Source: a virus
Virus record (IMG/VR): IMGVR_UViG_3300027666_000002
Length of the DNA stretch: 59,017 bases
Strand: one strand, 5' to 3'
Every line of letters starts with the position of its first letter. Within the stretch, counting starts at the first letter, position 1. This document shows, piece by piece, positions 7,916-15,820 of this stretch. Position numbers and translations under genes: made by a program. The notes below the pieces were generated by a model. The model had not been told where the DNA came from, did not search any database, and was given only the letters and a program-made list of their open reading frames with translations.

Positions 7916-9772
7916 TCACGTGGTGCTGGTGTCCGTGGTCGCCGCGCTCTCGCCGGTCGGCCGGAGCTGCATCACCAGGTGGATGGACTCGATGCCCCGG
8001 AACGCCGTGGTCTCGAAGTTCTCCGAGAACGTCTGGAAGCGGTTCTGCCCGTTGAGGGTCGAGTCGCGCACGACGCCCAGGTCCAGGGTGCCGCCGTCGA
8101 GGTAGAGCCAGTCGCCCTCGCGGAACAGGAGGGTGGACACCACGGCGGTCTGGTGGCCGGCGCCGGTGATGCCGCCGTTGTTCGGCCAGTCCGGCACCTT
8201 GCTGTTGGTGGCCAGCAGCGTGTAGACCTGCGACGGCGTGACGATGTCGGTCGTCAGGTCCACGTCCGGCGGGTTGATGCCGTCGAGGTGCCACGTCACG
8301 TTGACGTTGCGCACCGCGAACCAGCGCGCCAGGTCGGCGTCCGCCGTCTCCAGGGAGGCCAGCGTGTCGCCCACCATCTGCATGGTGATGTCGGCGCGCA
8401 TCAGGTCGCGCATCCATGCCGGCGCGATGAGGCGCAGCGGCGCGTTGTCGTTGAGCCGGTGCACGCTGCGGTAGTACGCGACCATCTGGTCCATGGTGAC
8501 CAGCGCGTCGCGCGTCGCACCCAGGAGCTGCGTCGAATACACGTTCTTGGACGCGGTGGTGAGCTGGGTCAGCAGCCGATTCTCGGCGAACCGAGCATGC
8601 GCGACGTTCTGCGCCTGGATGGTCGAGTCCATCCACTCCGGGTCAAACCGGGTGCTCATGTTCGAGAACGTGAGGCACTGGTAGACCGCGTCGACCTCGG
8701 CGGTAAGCACACCAGGGCAGTCGATCTCCACGCAAGTCTTGGGGACCAGTGGGTCAGCCTCGTCGTTGGCCGGCGTCCACACGCCGATGCCGCCAGTCTG
8801 GGTGACGCCGTCGAGGGCCGGGCGGTACTGGATGCCGCCACGCTCGGCGCCGAAGCGGACCAGCGCGTCGCGGACCGGGCGGTCCACGTCGCCGATCGTC
8901 TCGATGTCGTACAGCGTCTGCAGCGGCGCACACAGGCCGGCAGCGGTCAGCGCGTCCTCGGAGTCCGGGCCCTGCGCGACGACGACCTTGTTGGCCATGT
9001 TGTCGAGGGCGTGGGTCCGGCGAGCTTCGCGGCTGGCCGCGTCCACCAGCTCCATGTTCGCGAACGCCGTCGCGCCGCGCCGCAGCGTCCGGTTCTCCGG
9101 GTAGTCGGAGCGGATCGTGGCGACCGCGTACCGCTCGTAGCCTCGGACGTTCAGGCCCGAGACGGCGCGGCCCTTGACGGCGAACGCGGTGGCGAGCTGC
9201 TCACGGGTGAGCTGCGAGCCGGGCGCGTAGTCGTCCAGGCCGCCGGAAGCGGTGGTCTTCAGCGTGACCTGCCCGAGGGCCGGGACGGCGGGCGCTGCTG
9301 GCTTGTTGGTGCCGCCGAGCGGGCGGCGACCGGATGCGGTCACGGCGGACTCCCCGGTGTCGGTGGGGCCGGCATCGCCCGAGTCGCCGGAATCGGTGCT
9401 GTCGCCCTCGGGGGCGTCCTGGTTCTCGGGGGCCTTGTCCGCCGGGGCGTCCTCGTCTGCAGGCGCCGCCTCGGGCTCGGGGGCCTTGTCCGCCTCCGGC
9501 GCGGCCTCGGGCGCGGTCAGTTCGTCCAGCTCGGTGAAGTGGGCGACCTGCTGGCCGGCGAGCTCGGCGCGGTGCGTCTTCTCGGCGTTCAGCTTGCGAG
9601 CCGCGTCGAGCAGCTCGCTGTAGCGGGTGACGCTGGCTTCGGTGGCGGGCTTGCCGTCGTGCTCGGCGCGAAGGGCTTCGGCCTCGGTGCGGATCGCGGC
9701 GAGGGCTTCGTTGATGGCCTCGGGAGTCGCGTCGCCGAGGTTGCCCAGAATGTCCGCATTGAACGCGGTCAT
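7916..9772 (-). CDS. major capsid protein with N-terminal scaffold-like (coiled-coil, Pro/Glu/Ala-rich) region
   Basis: 618 aa. N-terminal ~170 aa are low-complexity and coiled. The remainder is capsid-like (recalled family resemblance). Has its own promoter and the GGAAGGACC SD, and a hairpin downstream. Confidence 0.7.
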   Translation of the reverse strand: MTAFNADILGNLGDATPEAINEALAAIRTEAEALRAEHDGKPATEASVTRYSELLDAARKLNAEKTHRAELAGQQVAHFTELDELTAPEAAPEADKAPEPEAAPADEDAPADKAPENQDAPEGDSTDSGDSGDAGPTDTGESAVTASGRRPLGGTNKPAAPAVPALGQVTLKTTASGGLDDYAPGSQLTREQLATAFAVKGRAVSGLNVRGYERYAVATIRSDYPENRTLRRGATAFANMELVDAASREARRTHALDNMANKVVVAQGPDSEDALTAAGLCAPLQTLYDIETIGDVDRPVRDALVRFGAERGGIQYRPALDGVTQTGGIGVWTPANDEADPLVPKTCVEIDCPGVLTAEVDAVYQCLTFSNMSTRFDPEWMDSTIQAQNVAHARFAENRLLTQLTTASKNVYSTQLLGATRDALVTMDQMVAYYRSVHRLNDNAPLRLIAPAWMRDLMRADITMQMVGDTLASLETADADLARWFAVRNVNVTWHLDGINPPDVDLTTDIVTPSQVYTLLATNSKVPDWPNNGGITGAGHQTAVVSTLLFREGDWLYLDGGTLDLGVVRDSTLNGQNRFQTFSENFETTAFRGIESIHLVMQLRPTGESAATTDTSTT

Positions 9773-9778
9773 GCTCTC

Positions 9779-9909
9779 GGTCCTTCCAGGTTGGGGTGCG
9801 GAGAGCGTGACGCGGCTGGGCCGGCGGGCGCTGCGGCGCGACTGGGTCGGCGCGGCGTGGGGTGTTCTCCGTTAGCGCGAGGCTACGGGGCGGCGAGTAG
9901 GGGTGTCAC
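9779..9909 (-). promoter_or_regulatory. variant copy of the phage promoter plus long leader for the capsid operon
   Basis: Minus strand: GTGACA (9909..9904), 18-nt spacer, TAGCCT (9885..9880), then GGAGAACACCCC and SD GGAAGGACC (9787..9779) before the ATG at 9772. Confidence 0.5.
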
Positions 9910-9928
9910 GTGAGGTGTGCACACATGC

Positions 9929-9987
9929 GCGAAACCCCGGTCGCCTAGCCTCTTTCAGGCGGTGTGGCTCGCGTGCCGGGGTTTCGC
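9929..9987 (-). terminator. extended stem-loop after the 10657->10043 operon
   Basis: 12-bp perfect inverted repeat gcgaaaccccgg (9929..9940) / ccggggtttcgc (9976..9987) with an inner cgcct/aggcg helix. Confidence 0.5.
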
Positions 9988-10042
9988 TGTGGGGGCCCGC
10001 CGCACTGGGGGTTCAACGGCGTGCGCCGGCTCCGAGGGTAGC

Positions 10043-10351
10043 TCAGGCTAGGGACTTCCGGGCCCGCTTGAACTCCTCAGCCTTCGGACAGGTCTTGTAG
10101 TGGTTGGTGTGCAGCCCGACTCCGGCGGCCTTCATTCCTTCGCGCTGCCCTCGGGCCTTGATGGGTCCACCGCGCAGGGCTGGCCGGTCGGCGGTGGGGT
10201 CCAGCTCGACAAAGTAGGTTCCGACCGGGATGGCGACCGGGTCGAGCAGGGTCCACTTGGTGGTACCGACGCGGTCGCCGGGCACCTTCACGAAGATCAC
10301 GTCTCCCTTGCATCCCTTGCAGGTGCGGATGAGCTGGGTGGGGATGTCCAT
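10043..10351 (-). CDS. hypothetical protein, possible zinc ribbon (CxxC ... HxxxC)
   Basis: 102-aa ORF, RBS GGAGGTGAAGTAG before the ATG, GC3-rich. Confidence 0.7.
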   Translation of the reverse strand: MDIPTQLIRTCKGCKGDVIFVKVPGDRVGTTKWTLLDPVAIPVGTYFVELDPTADRPALRGGPIKARGQREGMKAAGVGLHTNHYKTCPKAEEFKRARKSLA

Positions 10352-10356
10352 CTACT

Positions 10357-10491
10357 TCACCTCCGGAAGGGGATGCCCCACCAGCGGTGAGTGCGGTCGT
10401 GCTTGTGGTCCCAGCCTGGCCAGCCTGGTCCAGTGCAGCGGACGTGCGGCCAGCGGCGTCGTCTGACGCTGCAGCGGTTGAGCGGGGGCAT
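10357..10491 (-). CDS. small Arg/Trp/His-rich hypothetical protein (44 aa)
   Basis: Hand-found ATG at 10491 with GAGGAGATGACC upstream. GC3-rich. Below the ORF-track size cutoff. Confidence 0.4.
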   Translation of the reverse strand: MPPLNRCSVRRRRWPHVRCTGPGWPGWDHKHDRTHRWWGIPFRR

Positions 10492-10501
10492 GGTCATCTC
10501 C

Positions 10502-10657
10502 TCACGGTCGGACGGCGTTCCACCAGTGGCCCCAGGCAGCCAGCCCGAGGGATCCGTAGAGCCCGAGGTGTAGCCAGAATCGGGTCCACAGGGCGAGGCC
10601 GGCGGGGCGCTGGCCGTGGGGCCAGGCCCAGCGGGTGGCGCGTCGTAGGGTGGTCAC
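10502..10657 (-). CDS. small membrane protein (51 aa), apparently leaderless
   Basis: The GTG at 10657 lies 6 nt after the -10 TACAGT, so it sits at the predicted +1. Hydrophobic core LALWTRFWLHLGLYGSLGLAAW. Confidence 0.4.
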   Translation of the reverse strand: MTTLRRATRWAWPHGQRPAGLALWTRFWLHLGLYGSLGLAAWGHWWNAVRP

Positions 10658-10663
10658 AGACGC

Positions 10664-10692
10664 ACTGTACCCCATGGTGACGGTGGGGTCGA
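10664..10692 (-). promoter_or_regulatory. variant phage promoter, divergent from 10738
   Basis: Minus strand: TCGACC (10692..10687), 17-nt spacer CCACCGTCACCATGGGG, TACAGT (10669..10664). Same spacer/-10 architecture as the canonical copies. Confidence 0.45.
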
Positions 10693-10737
10693 CTAGATGC
10701 AGTTATCCACAAGTCATCCACAGGTGTGGACTGCCAC

Positions 10738-10806
10738 TTGACACCCACTAGCACATGGGGTAGCGTTCTACCTGTCAGCAAGGAACAACCCCCCGAGGGA
10801 AGGACC
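10738..10806 (+). promoter_or_regulatory. phage promoter + conserved leader cassette
   Basis: TTGACA (10738), 17 nt, TAGCGT (10761). Leader AGGAACAACC (10781) and SD GGGAAGGACC (10797) before the ATG at 10812. Confidence 0.7.
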
Positions 10807-10811
10807 ACACG

Positions 10812-11303
10812 ATGGCCACCTACACCGCTTCCGACTTCTGCCAGGGCCACGGCGGCGGGCGCGAATGCACCTACTCCCCCGAGGTGGACGGGTGCCTGCA
10901 GCACGGCGAGGACTTCGATCACGGCGTGATCTCCTACTGCGACGGAACCTGCACCGAGGCCATCGAGGAGTACCGCCGCTACCTGGAGGCTCACGGCCTC
11001 TTCGACTCCCTGCGCGCTAGCACCAGCTACATCACCCTGGAGGTCTGGGACTCCACGTTGTCCTATCGGGTCGTGTTCGAGGGCGCGGACGCGGAGGAGT
11101 GGGCCCTGGCCTACATGGCGGCGCGGCCGTCGCTGCACTTCACCGAAGCGCCCGAGGCTCCCAACCACCTGCCGGCCTTCCCTGGACTGGCGGCCAAGCT
11201 GTACCCGACGTGCCACCACGGCCTGGCTCTGGACCTGTGCATGGACCCATACGGGGAGAACCACTTCGGCACCCGTGAGCAGGAGCTTGCCCAGGGCTGG
11301 TGA
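10812..11303 (+). CDS. hypothetical protein (Cys/His-rich N-terminus)
   Basis: 163-aa ORF directly behind a promoter/leader cassette. Confidence 0.8.
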   Translation: MATYTASDFCQGHGGGRECTYSPEVDGCLQHGEDFDHGVISYCDGTCTEAIEEYRRYLEAHGLFDSLRASTSYITLEVWDSTLSYRVVFEGADAEEWALAYMAARPSLHFTEAPEAPNHLPAFPGLAAKLYPTCHHGLALDLCMDPYGENHFGTREQELAQGW

Positions 11304-11321
11304 CTTCCCGGACTACCCCCC

Positions 11322-11382
11322 TTGACACCCACGGTCGAGGGGGGTAGTTTCATGTCAACGGAACAACCTCCTCGGAAGGACC
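11322..11382 (+). promoter_or_regulatory. phage promoter + leader cassette inside a 9-bp hairpin
   Basis: TTGACA (11322), 17 nt, TAGTTT (11345). Arms CTACCCCCC (11312..11320) / GGGGGGTAG (11339..11347). GGAACAACC (11360), GGAAGGACC (11374). Confidence 0.7.
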
Positions 11383-11388
11383 GACATT

Positions 11389-11643
11389 ATGCCCACCTTC
11401 GCTACCGCCCAGTCCGCCACTGTCGCCGTCAAGCGTGTCCTGCGCGAGAACAACATCAGCACCCAGAGCGTTCGCAGTTCCCGTACCGCGAATGACAAGT
11501 ACCTGTCCCACATCTTCATGTCAGAGGGTACGAGCGATGCCACCTACGCGAAGATCGCCACTGTGTTGATCGAGGCCGGCTACAAGGTCACTGCATACAC
11601 CAGCCAGGCGTGGGTCTCCGCCGTCGCTGACGCCACCGTCTGA
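11389..11643 (+). CDS. hypothetical protein
   Basis: 84-aa ORF behind a cassette; somewhat lower GC than its neighbours. Confidence 0.8.
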   Translation: MPTFATAQSATVAVKRVLRENNISTQSVRSSRTANDKYLSHIFMSEGTSDATYAKIATVLIEAGYKVTAYTSQAWVSAVADATV

Positions 11644-11660
11644 CCTCGGAATACCCCCTG

Positions 11661-11723
11661 TTGACACCCACGGTCGGCAGGGGGTATTCTTGTCCCTGTA
11701 GGAACAACCACACCGGAAGGACC
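11661..11723 (+). promoter_or_regulatory. phage promoter + leader cassette inside a 10-bp hairpin
   Basis: TTGACA (11661), 18 nt, TATTCT (11685). Arms ATACCCCCTG (11651..11660) / CAGGGGGTAT (11678..11687). GGAACAACC (11701), GGAAGGACC (11715). Confidence 0.7.
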
Positions 11724-11728
11724 AGCTC

Positions 11729-12130
11729 ATGAACACCACCCCCACCAGCCTCGGGATGCGGGAGATCAGCCCTGGCGTTGCCGAGGTGTACGACGGTGAC
11801 CGGCAGGTCGGCATGATCACGTGGAACCCGGACGGCATCATCAGCGCCTGGTACGCCACATACGCCAACTCGGACGAGACCGTGCGGTGCGCCTGCCGGC
11901 CCGACGCGCTGGAGTGCATCCGACTGCAACACGCGGCCGTACAGCGCCTGACCCGTTCCATCCGTTCCATCCGTCCGGCCACCGGAGCAGCGTCCCAGGA
12001 CCCCCGTGGCGTCTCGTGGGACAACGGATACAACACGTCACTGCGGGACGTCGAGAAGGTCCTGCAAGAAGCGGTGGGCCTCGCCCGCAAGGGCGAGGGC
12101 TACACCGCCATCACCGGTACGACCGACTGA
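11729..12130 (+). CDS. hypothetical protein
   Basis: 133-aa ORF behind a cassette. Confidence 0.8.
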   Translation: MNTTPTSLGMREISPGVAEVYDGDRQVGMITWNPDGIISAWYATYANSDETVRCACRPDALECIRLQHAAVQRLTRSIRSIRPATGAASQDPRGVSWDNGYNTSLRDVEKVLQEAVGLARKGEGYTAITGTTD

Positions 12131-12139
12131 GGGAGAGAG

Positions 12140-12344
12140 ATGGCGAAGGGGAAGTCCAAAGGTGGCGACGGGGAAGAGGTCGACACCTGGACCAAGCGGA
12201 AGGGAGCCCTCCGGGGGCAACACGCCCCCGAAGGGCGGGAAGACCACCAGCAGCAACAAGAAGTGCGCCAACGACCACGTCGCGAACAGCGAGGGCAAAT
12301 GCTTCACCGACTGGTGCCCCTACTACGTCCGGGCAGGTGGGTGA
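12140..12344 (+). CDS. small Lys/Cys-rich protein with an apparent frame switch (ATG 12140 frame -> frame ending TGA 12342..12344); alternative simple start GTG 12162
   Basis: The ATG at 12140 has RBS GGGAGAGAG and a high-GC3 frame up to ~12215. From there GC3 is ~93% in the +1 frame (...NTPPKGGKTTSSNKKCANDHVANSEGKCFTDWCPYYVRAGG*) versus ~56% in the ATG frame. A G5 run sits at 12213..12217. Confidence 0.4.
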
Positions 12345-12526
12345 CCGTGGGCGAGAGTCCGGAAGCCCAGCGGCTCCGCGAGCAGATCGAGGAGCAGGAG
12401 CGTATCGACGCGGCCCGTCGGGAGCAGGTGAGCGCGCAGAGGCGAGCCGAGCTGGACCGTAAGCAGAACGAGCGTGACCGCGAACGAGAGGCGGAGCGCC
12501 TGCGCGAGGCAGCCGGCGAGGAGTAG
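12341..12526 (+). CDS. coiled-coil Glu/Arg-rich hypothetical protein
   Basis: GTG at 12341 overlaps the upstream TGA (GTGA). This is the 3' part of ORF-track 12140..12526, where GC3 recovers. Confidence 0.5.
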   Translation: MTVGESPEAQRLREQIEEQERIDAARREQVSAQRRAELDRKQNERDREREAERLREAAGEE

Positions 12527-12660
12527 TGAGCGACCGGCCCGAGGAGGCGAAGCCGTCTCAGGACACAACGCGGGACTGGGCCGCCGAGGAAGCCGAAGCC
12601 AAACGCATCGAGGCGGCGCGCGAGGAGGCGCTGCGTCAGCAGCAGCGCGAGAGAGAGTGA
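12526..12660 (+). CDS. small charged hypothetical protein (44 aa)
   Basis: Hand-found GTG sharing the G of the upstream TAG. GC3-rich frame. Confidence 0.4.
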   Translation: MSDRPEEAKPSQDTTRDWAAEEAEAKRIEAAREEALRQQQRERE

Positions 12661-12664
12661 CCTC

Positions 12665-12772
12665 GTGGGGAAGGACGAACGCGAGGAGAAGCCGTGCCCG
12701 AAGTGTCAACGCAAGATCAAAGATCACACGATTGAGGAGCTGATGGAATGCGCCGGACTACTCCGGTCCTGA
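12665..12772 (+). CDS. small hypothetical protein (35 aa, CPKC motif)
   Basis: Hand-found GTG at 12665. GC3-rich frame VGKDEREEKPCPKCQRKIKDHTIEELMECAGLLRS. Confidence 0.4.
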   Translation: MGKDEREEKPCPKCQRKIKDHTIEELMECAGLLRS

Positions 12773-12885
12773 TCACGAGCTATCAGGAATGCACTGACCC
12801 AGGTGGCCACAGCTGGCAGGACGGGGTGTGCAAGCACTGCGGCCTGGGCGGTGGCGCGGCGACCGACGCCCGCAAGAAGAAGTGA
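12748..12885 (+). CDS. small Cys-containing hypothetical protein (45 aa)
   Basis: ATG at 12748 with GAGGAG 9 nt upstream. MRRTTPVLITSYQECTDPGGHSWQDGVCKHCGLGGGAATDARKKK. Confidence 0.45.
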   Translation: MRRTTPVLITSYQECTDPGGHSWQDGVCKHCGLGGGAATDARKKK

Positions 12886-13046
12886 CGCGCCGGCCCTGCC
12901 TGATCTCCGCGCAGGCGCTGATCGGCGCGTTCCTGTTGATCGCGCTGTCTGCCATCGCCAATGACCCGGCGATCATGTATTCGGCCGGCGTGATGCTGCT
13001 GGTGCAGGCGCTCTATCAGCATGTGATCAACAAGGTTGGGAGGTGA
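12882..13046 (+). CDS. small membrane protein (54 aa)
   Basis: GTGA overlap with the upstream stop. Hydrophobic LIGAFLLIALSAIA and VMLLVQAL segments. 3' part of ORF-track 12828..13046. Confidence 0.55.
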   Translation: MTRRPCLISAQALIGAFLLIALSAIANDPAIMYSAGVMLLVQALYQHVINKVGR

Positions 13047-13070
13047 TCTATCGACAGTTCGAGGGCAGAC

Positions 13071-13106
13071 AGCCCGCCTGGTCGCGTTGGGGTGCCCAGG
13101 CGGGCT
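13071..13106. terminator. bidirectional stem-loop terminator between convergent genes
   Basis: 11-bp perfect inverted repeat agcccgcctgg (13071..13081) / ccaggcgggct (13096..13106) between the stops at 13046 (+) and 13115 (-). Confidence 0.65.
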
Positions 13107-13114
13107 CTCGCGTG

Positions 13115-15820
13115 TCACACCGCGCCGGGGCGGTCCTTCTTCCACTGGGCCACGGCGGCGCACGCCTCGGCGCGGCTGCCGGGGTTGACGTCCTGGTGGC
13201 CGGGGAAGTTGAGGTCGCCGGTGGCGCACATCTTCTTGGCCGCGTTGACCGCCGAGGCGATGGCGTGCGATTCGGTCATGCCCTTCGCGCGCAGGTGTTT
13301 CGAGATGCGCTTGATGAACGGTGGCAGGTGCAGCTTCTTCTTGCCGGCGGCCGTCAGCGTGTCGCCGTCGCCGTACTCGGTGAGCTGGGCGTTGAACCAC
13401 GGGTGGTCGCCGTCGAGCGCGAGCACCAGGTTGGCGATGTGGTCGTCCTGGATGTCGCCGAGGCTGGGCACGATCTGGTCCAGCTCGATGGCGAACACGC
13501 TCTGCACCTCCGCGCACACGCGGGCCAGGGCGGCGTCCGCGCGGTCCTGCTGCATCTGTGGGCTCTGCTGCAGGCTTCCGGCGGCCAGGATCACCTGCGG
13601 CTCGCCCGAGGCCACCAGCGCCTTGAAGGGCACCGGGTAGCCAGGTGCGTTGACGGCGAGCGCGGCCAGCAGCTCCATCGATCCTCGGATACGGCGCCAG
13701 TCGCCCGACAGCGCGGCGCCGCGCGCCTTGTATTCGGTGTCGGCGTCCAGGCCGGGCATCAGCCTGCCGGCCACCCAGATGCCGTGCTCATCCTCGCCTG
13801 CGGCGAGTTCCATCGCGGCCGTACAGGTGTTGTCGTAGTGGGCGGCCACCTCCGCCAGCGACATGCCGCCACGAGCAGGGGCGTGCCCCCCGACGCCGAG
13901 CGCCTTGGACACCGAGCCGTAGCCGACCGGGACCGTGACCACCTCACCGTCAGCGGTGCGGGCCCGGCATGGGTGCACCCGGAAGTATGCGTAGTTGGCT
14001 GCCGACCGGGGCGCCGTCCGGCAGCGATCGACGATGCCAGTGTGGCAGGTGTTCCACGCGGCCAGGTGGCCGACGATACGGCCGTCGTCGTCGATGGTGA
14101 TCGGCGTGGGCTCGGTCAGCCCGGGATCGGCGAACCACTCCGCTGGCGGCAGGTCGGCAGCGCTGGCCACCAGGACGGTGGAGCCGCCACCCAGCGGGTA
14201 GTCCGTGACGTCGTCGCCGATCGCGACGCGCAGGCGATCGAAGGTGACCGGGCCCGTGTAGGTGAGCTGGGACGGGTCCAGACCGTAGCCGGCGGTCACG
14301 TGCGGGACGTAGGGCTCATGCTGATCGGGGAAGGTGACGTCACCGATGGCGTTGCGGACCTGGCTGACGACGTCGTTGCGCAGCCAGTCGATGTCGATGC
14401 GGTCGCCGGTGCCGTCGAGCAGGTAGACGGTGGCCGGCTGGTGACCGTCGTCGCCGTTCGGGTTGAACACCGCCCACGAGAATATGCCGGCGTCGAGCGG
14501 GCCCTTCTGGGCCGCGCTCTTGGACATGCTGGTGACGCCGCCGGCCTCGTCCGGGTCCTGGCCGGCGGCGCGCATGCGCTCCGCCTCCTCCTGCGCGGCC
14601 GCCTCGAAGTCGGTCAGCCGGCGGGCGACGCGGTGCACGGCCGCGATCATGTCGGCGTCCCAGGTGTCGATCTGGTCGCCGAGGTAGGCCAGGGTGAGGT
14701 GCAGTTCGCTGGCAGGGTCTCCGCCGGGGGCCACCAGCATCTGCGGATTGGCGGGCACCAGCGCGACCATGCCGGATGTGGAGTAGTCCTGGACGGCCGG
14801 CGGCTCGCCGGGGTCGAACACGCCGTCGTCCTCGAAGTCGAACCAGGCGCGGTCGCCGGTGGCGGCCTGCTTGCCGGCAGTCTTCAGGGTGCCGTCGGAG
14901 TTCCACGAGTCGGGGATCTTGTCGGTGAGCTTCAGCCGCTTGGCCTGCTTGATGATGTGGCGGCGCACCGCGTCGCGGTCTTCTTCGGTGCCGGATGGCC
15001 CACCTGCGCGACCCACCGCCTTGATGGCCTTGTCCAGGTCGGCCTCGGTGTCGATGGGGTATCGGCCGCCCGGCATGGCGTGACCTGCCTCGGCAGAGGC
15101 CTTCCGCTTGGCCGCCGAGACAAACTCGTGCAGGCCGTCCACGCTGAACATGTCGTCGACCTGGCACGTGTGGCAGAGGTCGCCGAGTTCGCTGGACAGC
15201 CACCCGGGTGCGCGCACGCCTGCGGCGACCATGGCGTCCTGGCCGTCATCCGGGGTGAGCGTCTCGCCGTCGAGGGTGATGTAGGCCCCGGCGAACGCGG
15301 GGATCCCCACCAGCGTGGTGGCGGCGATGACGCCGCGCTGCATCGAGATGCGGCTGTAGTCGGACTGGTCGGCCAGCTCGCCGTTGGGGCCCTGGAATTC
15401 GGCCACGACCTCGGTCATGTCGACGCTGTTGCCGCGTAGGGCCCGGTCGTACACGAGCTGGTAGGCGCTCTTCGCCGGGGCGGCTGGCACGTCCTTGTAC
15501 ATCCAGCCGCGCCCGACCCACACGAACGTGCCTTCGGGCAGCGTCTCGTCACCGTAGAGCTGCGCTTCGGGGCCCGGGATGCGCTCCGCGCTGGTGATGG
15601 CGCCGACGTGCCAGGTGGCGGCGTCGCCGGTGTCGCCGTGCGTGGACCGGGTGGCTGCGAACAGCGGGATGGGCAGGTCGCGGACTTCGATGGTGCCGGG
15701 CTCGATGTATCGGCGGTCGGAGGTTTCGAGGCCTTCGATCACCATGACGGGCAGCACGATGGGCGCGGCGTCGGCCGGGATGTCGCCGGGTGGCGCGGTG
15801 TCGATTGCTGGGGCGCTCAT
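13115..15820 (-). CDS. capsid maturation (prohead) protease / scaffold-like multidomain protein with embedded 2H-phosphoesterase-like motifs
   Basis: 901 aa. N-terminus LPVMVIEGLETSDRRYIEPG...LPIPLFAATRSTHGD...HVGAI and a later GHLAAWNTCH block are protease-like (recalled). Two HxT motifs: LHLTLAYLG (~14690) and PHVTAGYG (~14290). Confidence 0.65.
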   Translation of the reverse strand: MSAPAIDTAPPGDIPADAAPIVLPVMVIEGLETSDRRYIEPGTIEVRDLPIPLFAATRSTHGDTGDAATWHVGAITSAERIPGPEAQLYGDETLPEGTFVWVGRGWMYKDVPAAPAKSAYQLVYDRALRGNSVDMTEVVAEFQGPNGELADQSDYSRISMQRGVIAATTLVGIPAFAGAYITLDGETLTPDDGQDAMVAAGVRAPGWLSSELGDLCHTCQVDDMFSVDGLHEFVSAAKRKASAEAGHAMPGGRYPIDTEADLDKAIKAVGRAGGPSGTEEDRDAVRRHIIKQAKRLKLTDKIPDSWNSDGTLKTAGKQAATGDRAWFDFEDDGVFDPGEPPAVQDYSTSGMVALVPANPQMLVAPGGDPASELHLTLAYLGDQIDTWDADMIAAVHRVARRLTDFEAAAQEEAERMRAAGQDPDEAGGVTSMSKSAAQKGPLDAGIFSWAVFNPNGDDGHQPATVYLLDGTGDRIDIDWLRNDVVSQVRNAIGDVTFPDQHEPYVPHVTAGYGLDPSQLTYTGPVTFDRLRVAIGDDVTDYPLGGGSTVLVASAADLPPAEWFADPGLTEPTPITIDDDGRIVGHLAAWNTCHTGIVDRCRTAPRSAANYAYFRVHPCRARTADGEVVTVPVGYGSVSKALGVGGHAPARGGMSLAEVAAHYDNTCTAAMELAAGEDEHGIWVAGRLMPGLDADTEYKARGAALSGDWRRIRGSMELLAALAVNAPGYPVPFKALVASGEPQVILAAGSLQQSPQMQQDRADAALARVCAEVQSVFAIELDQIVPSLGDIQDDHIANLVLALDGDHPWFNAQLTEYGDGDTLTAAGKKKLHLPPFIKRISKHLRAKGMTESHAIASAVNAAKKMCATGDLNFPGHQDVNPGSRAEACAAVAQWKKDRPGAV

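Noticed and set aside
10502-10675. 57-aa version of the small membrane ORF starting at ATG 10675
   Set aside because: That ATG lies inside the promoter spacer (between the -35 at 10692 and the -10 at 10669), upstream of the predicted transcription start. The GTG at 10657 at the predicted +1 was preferred.
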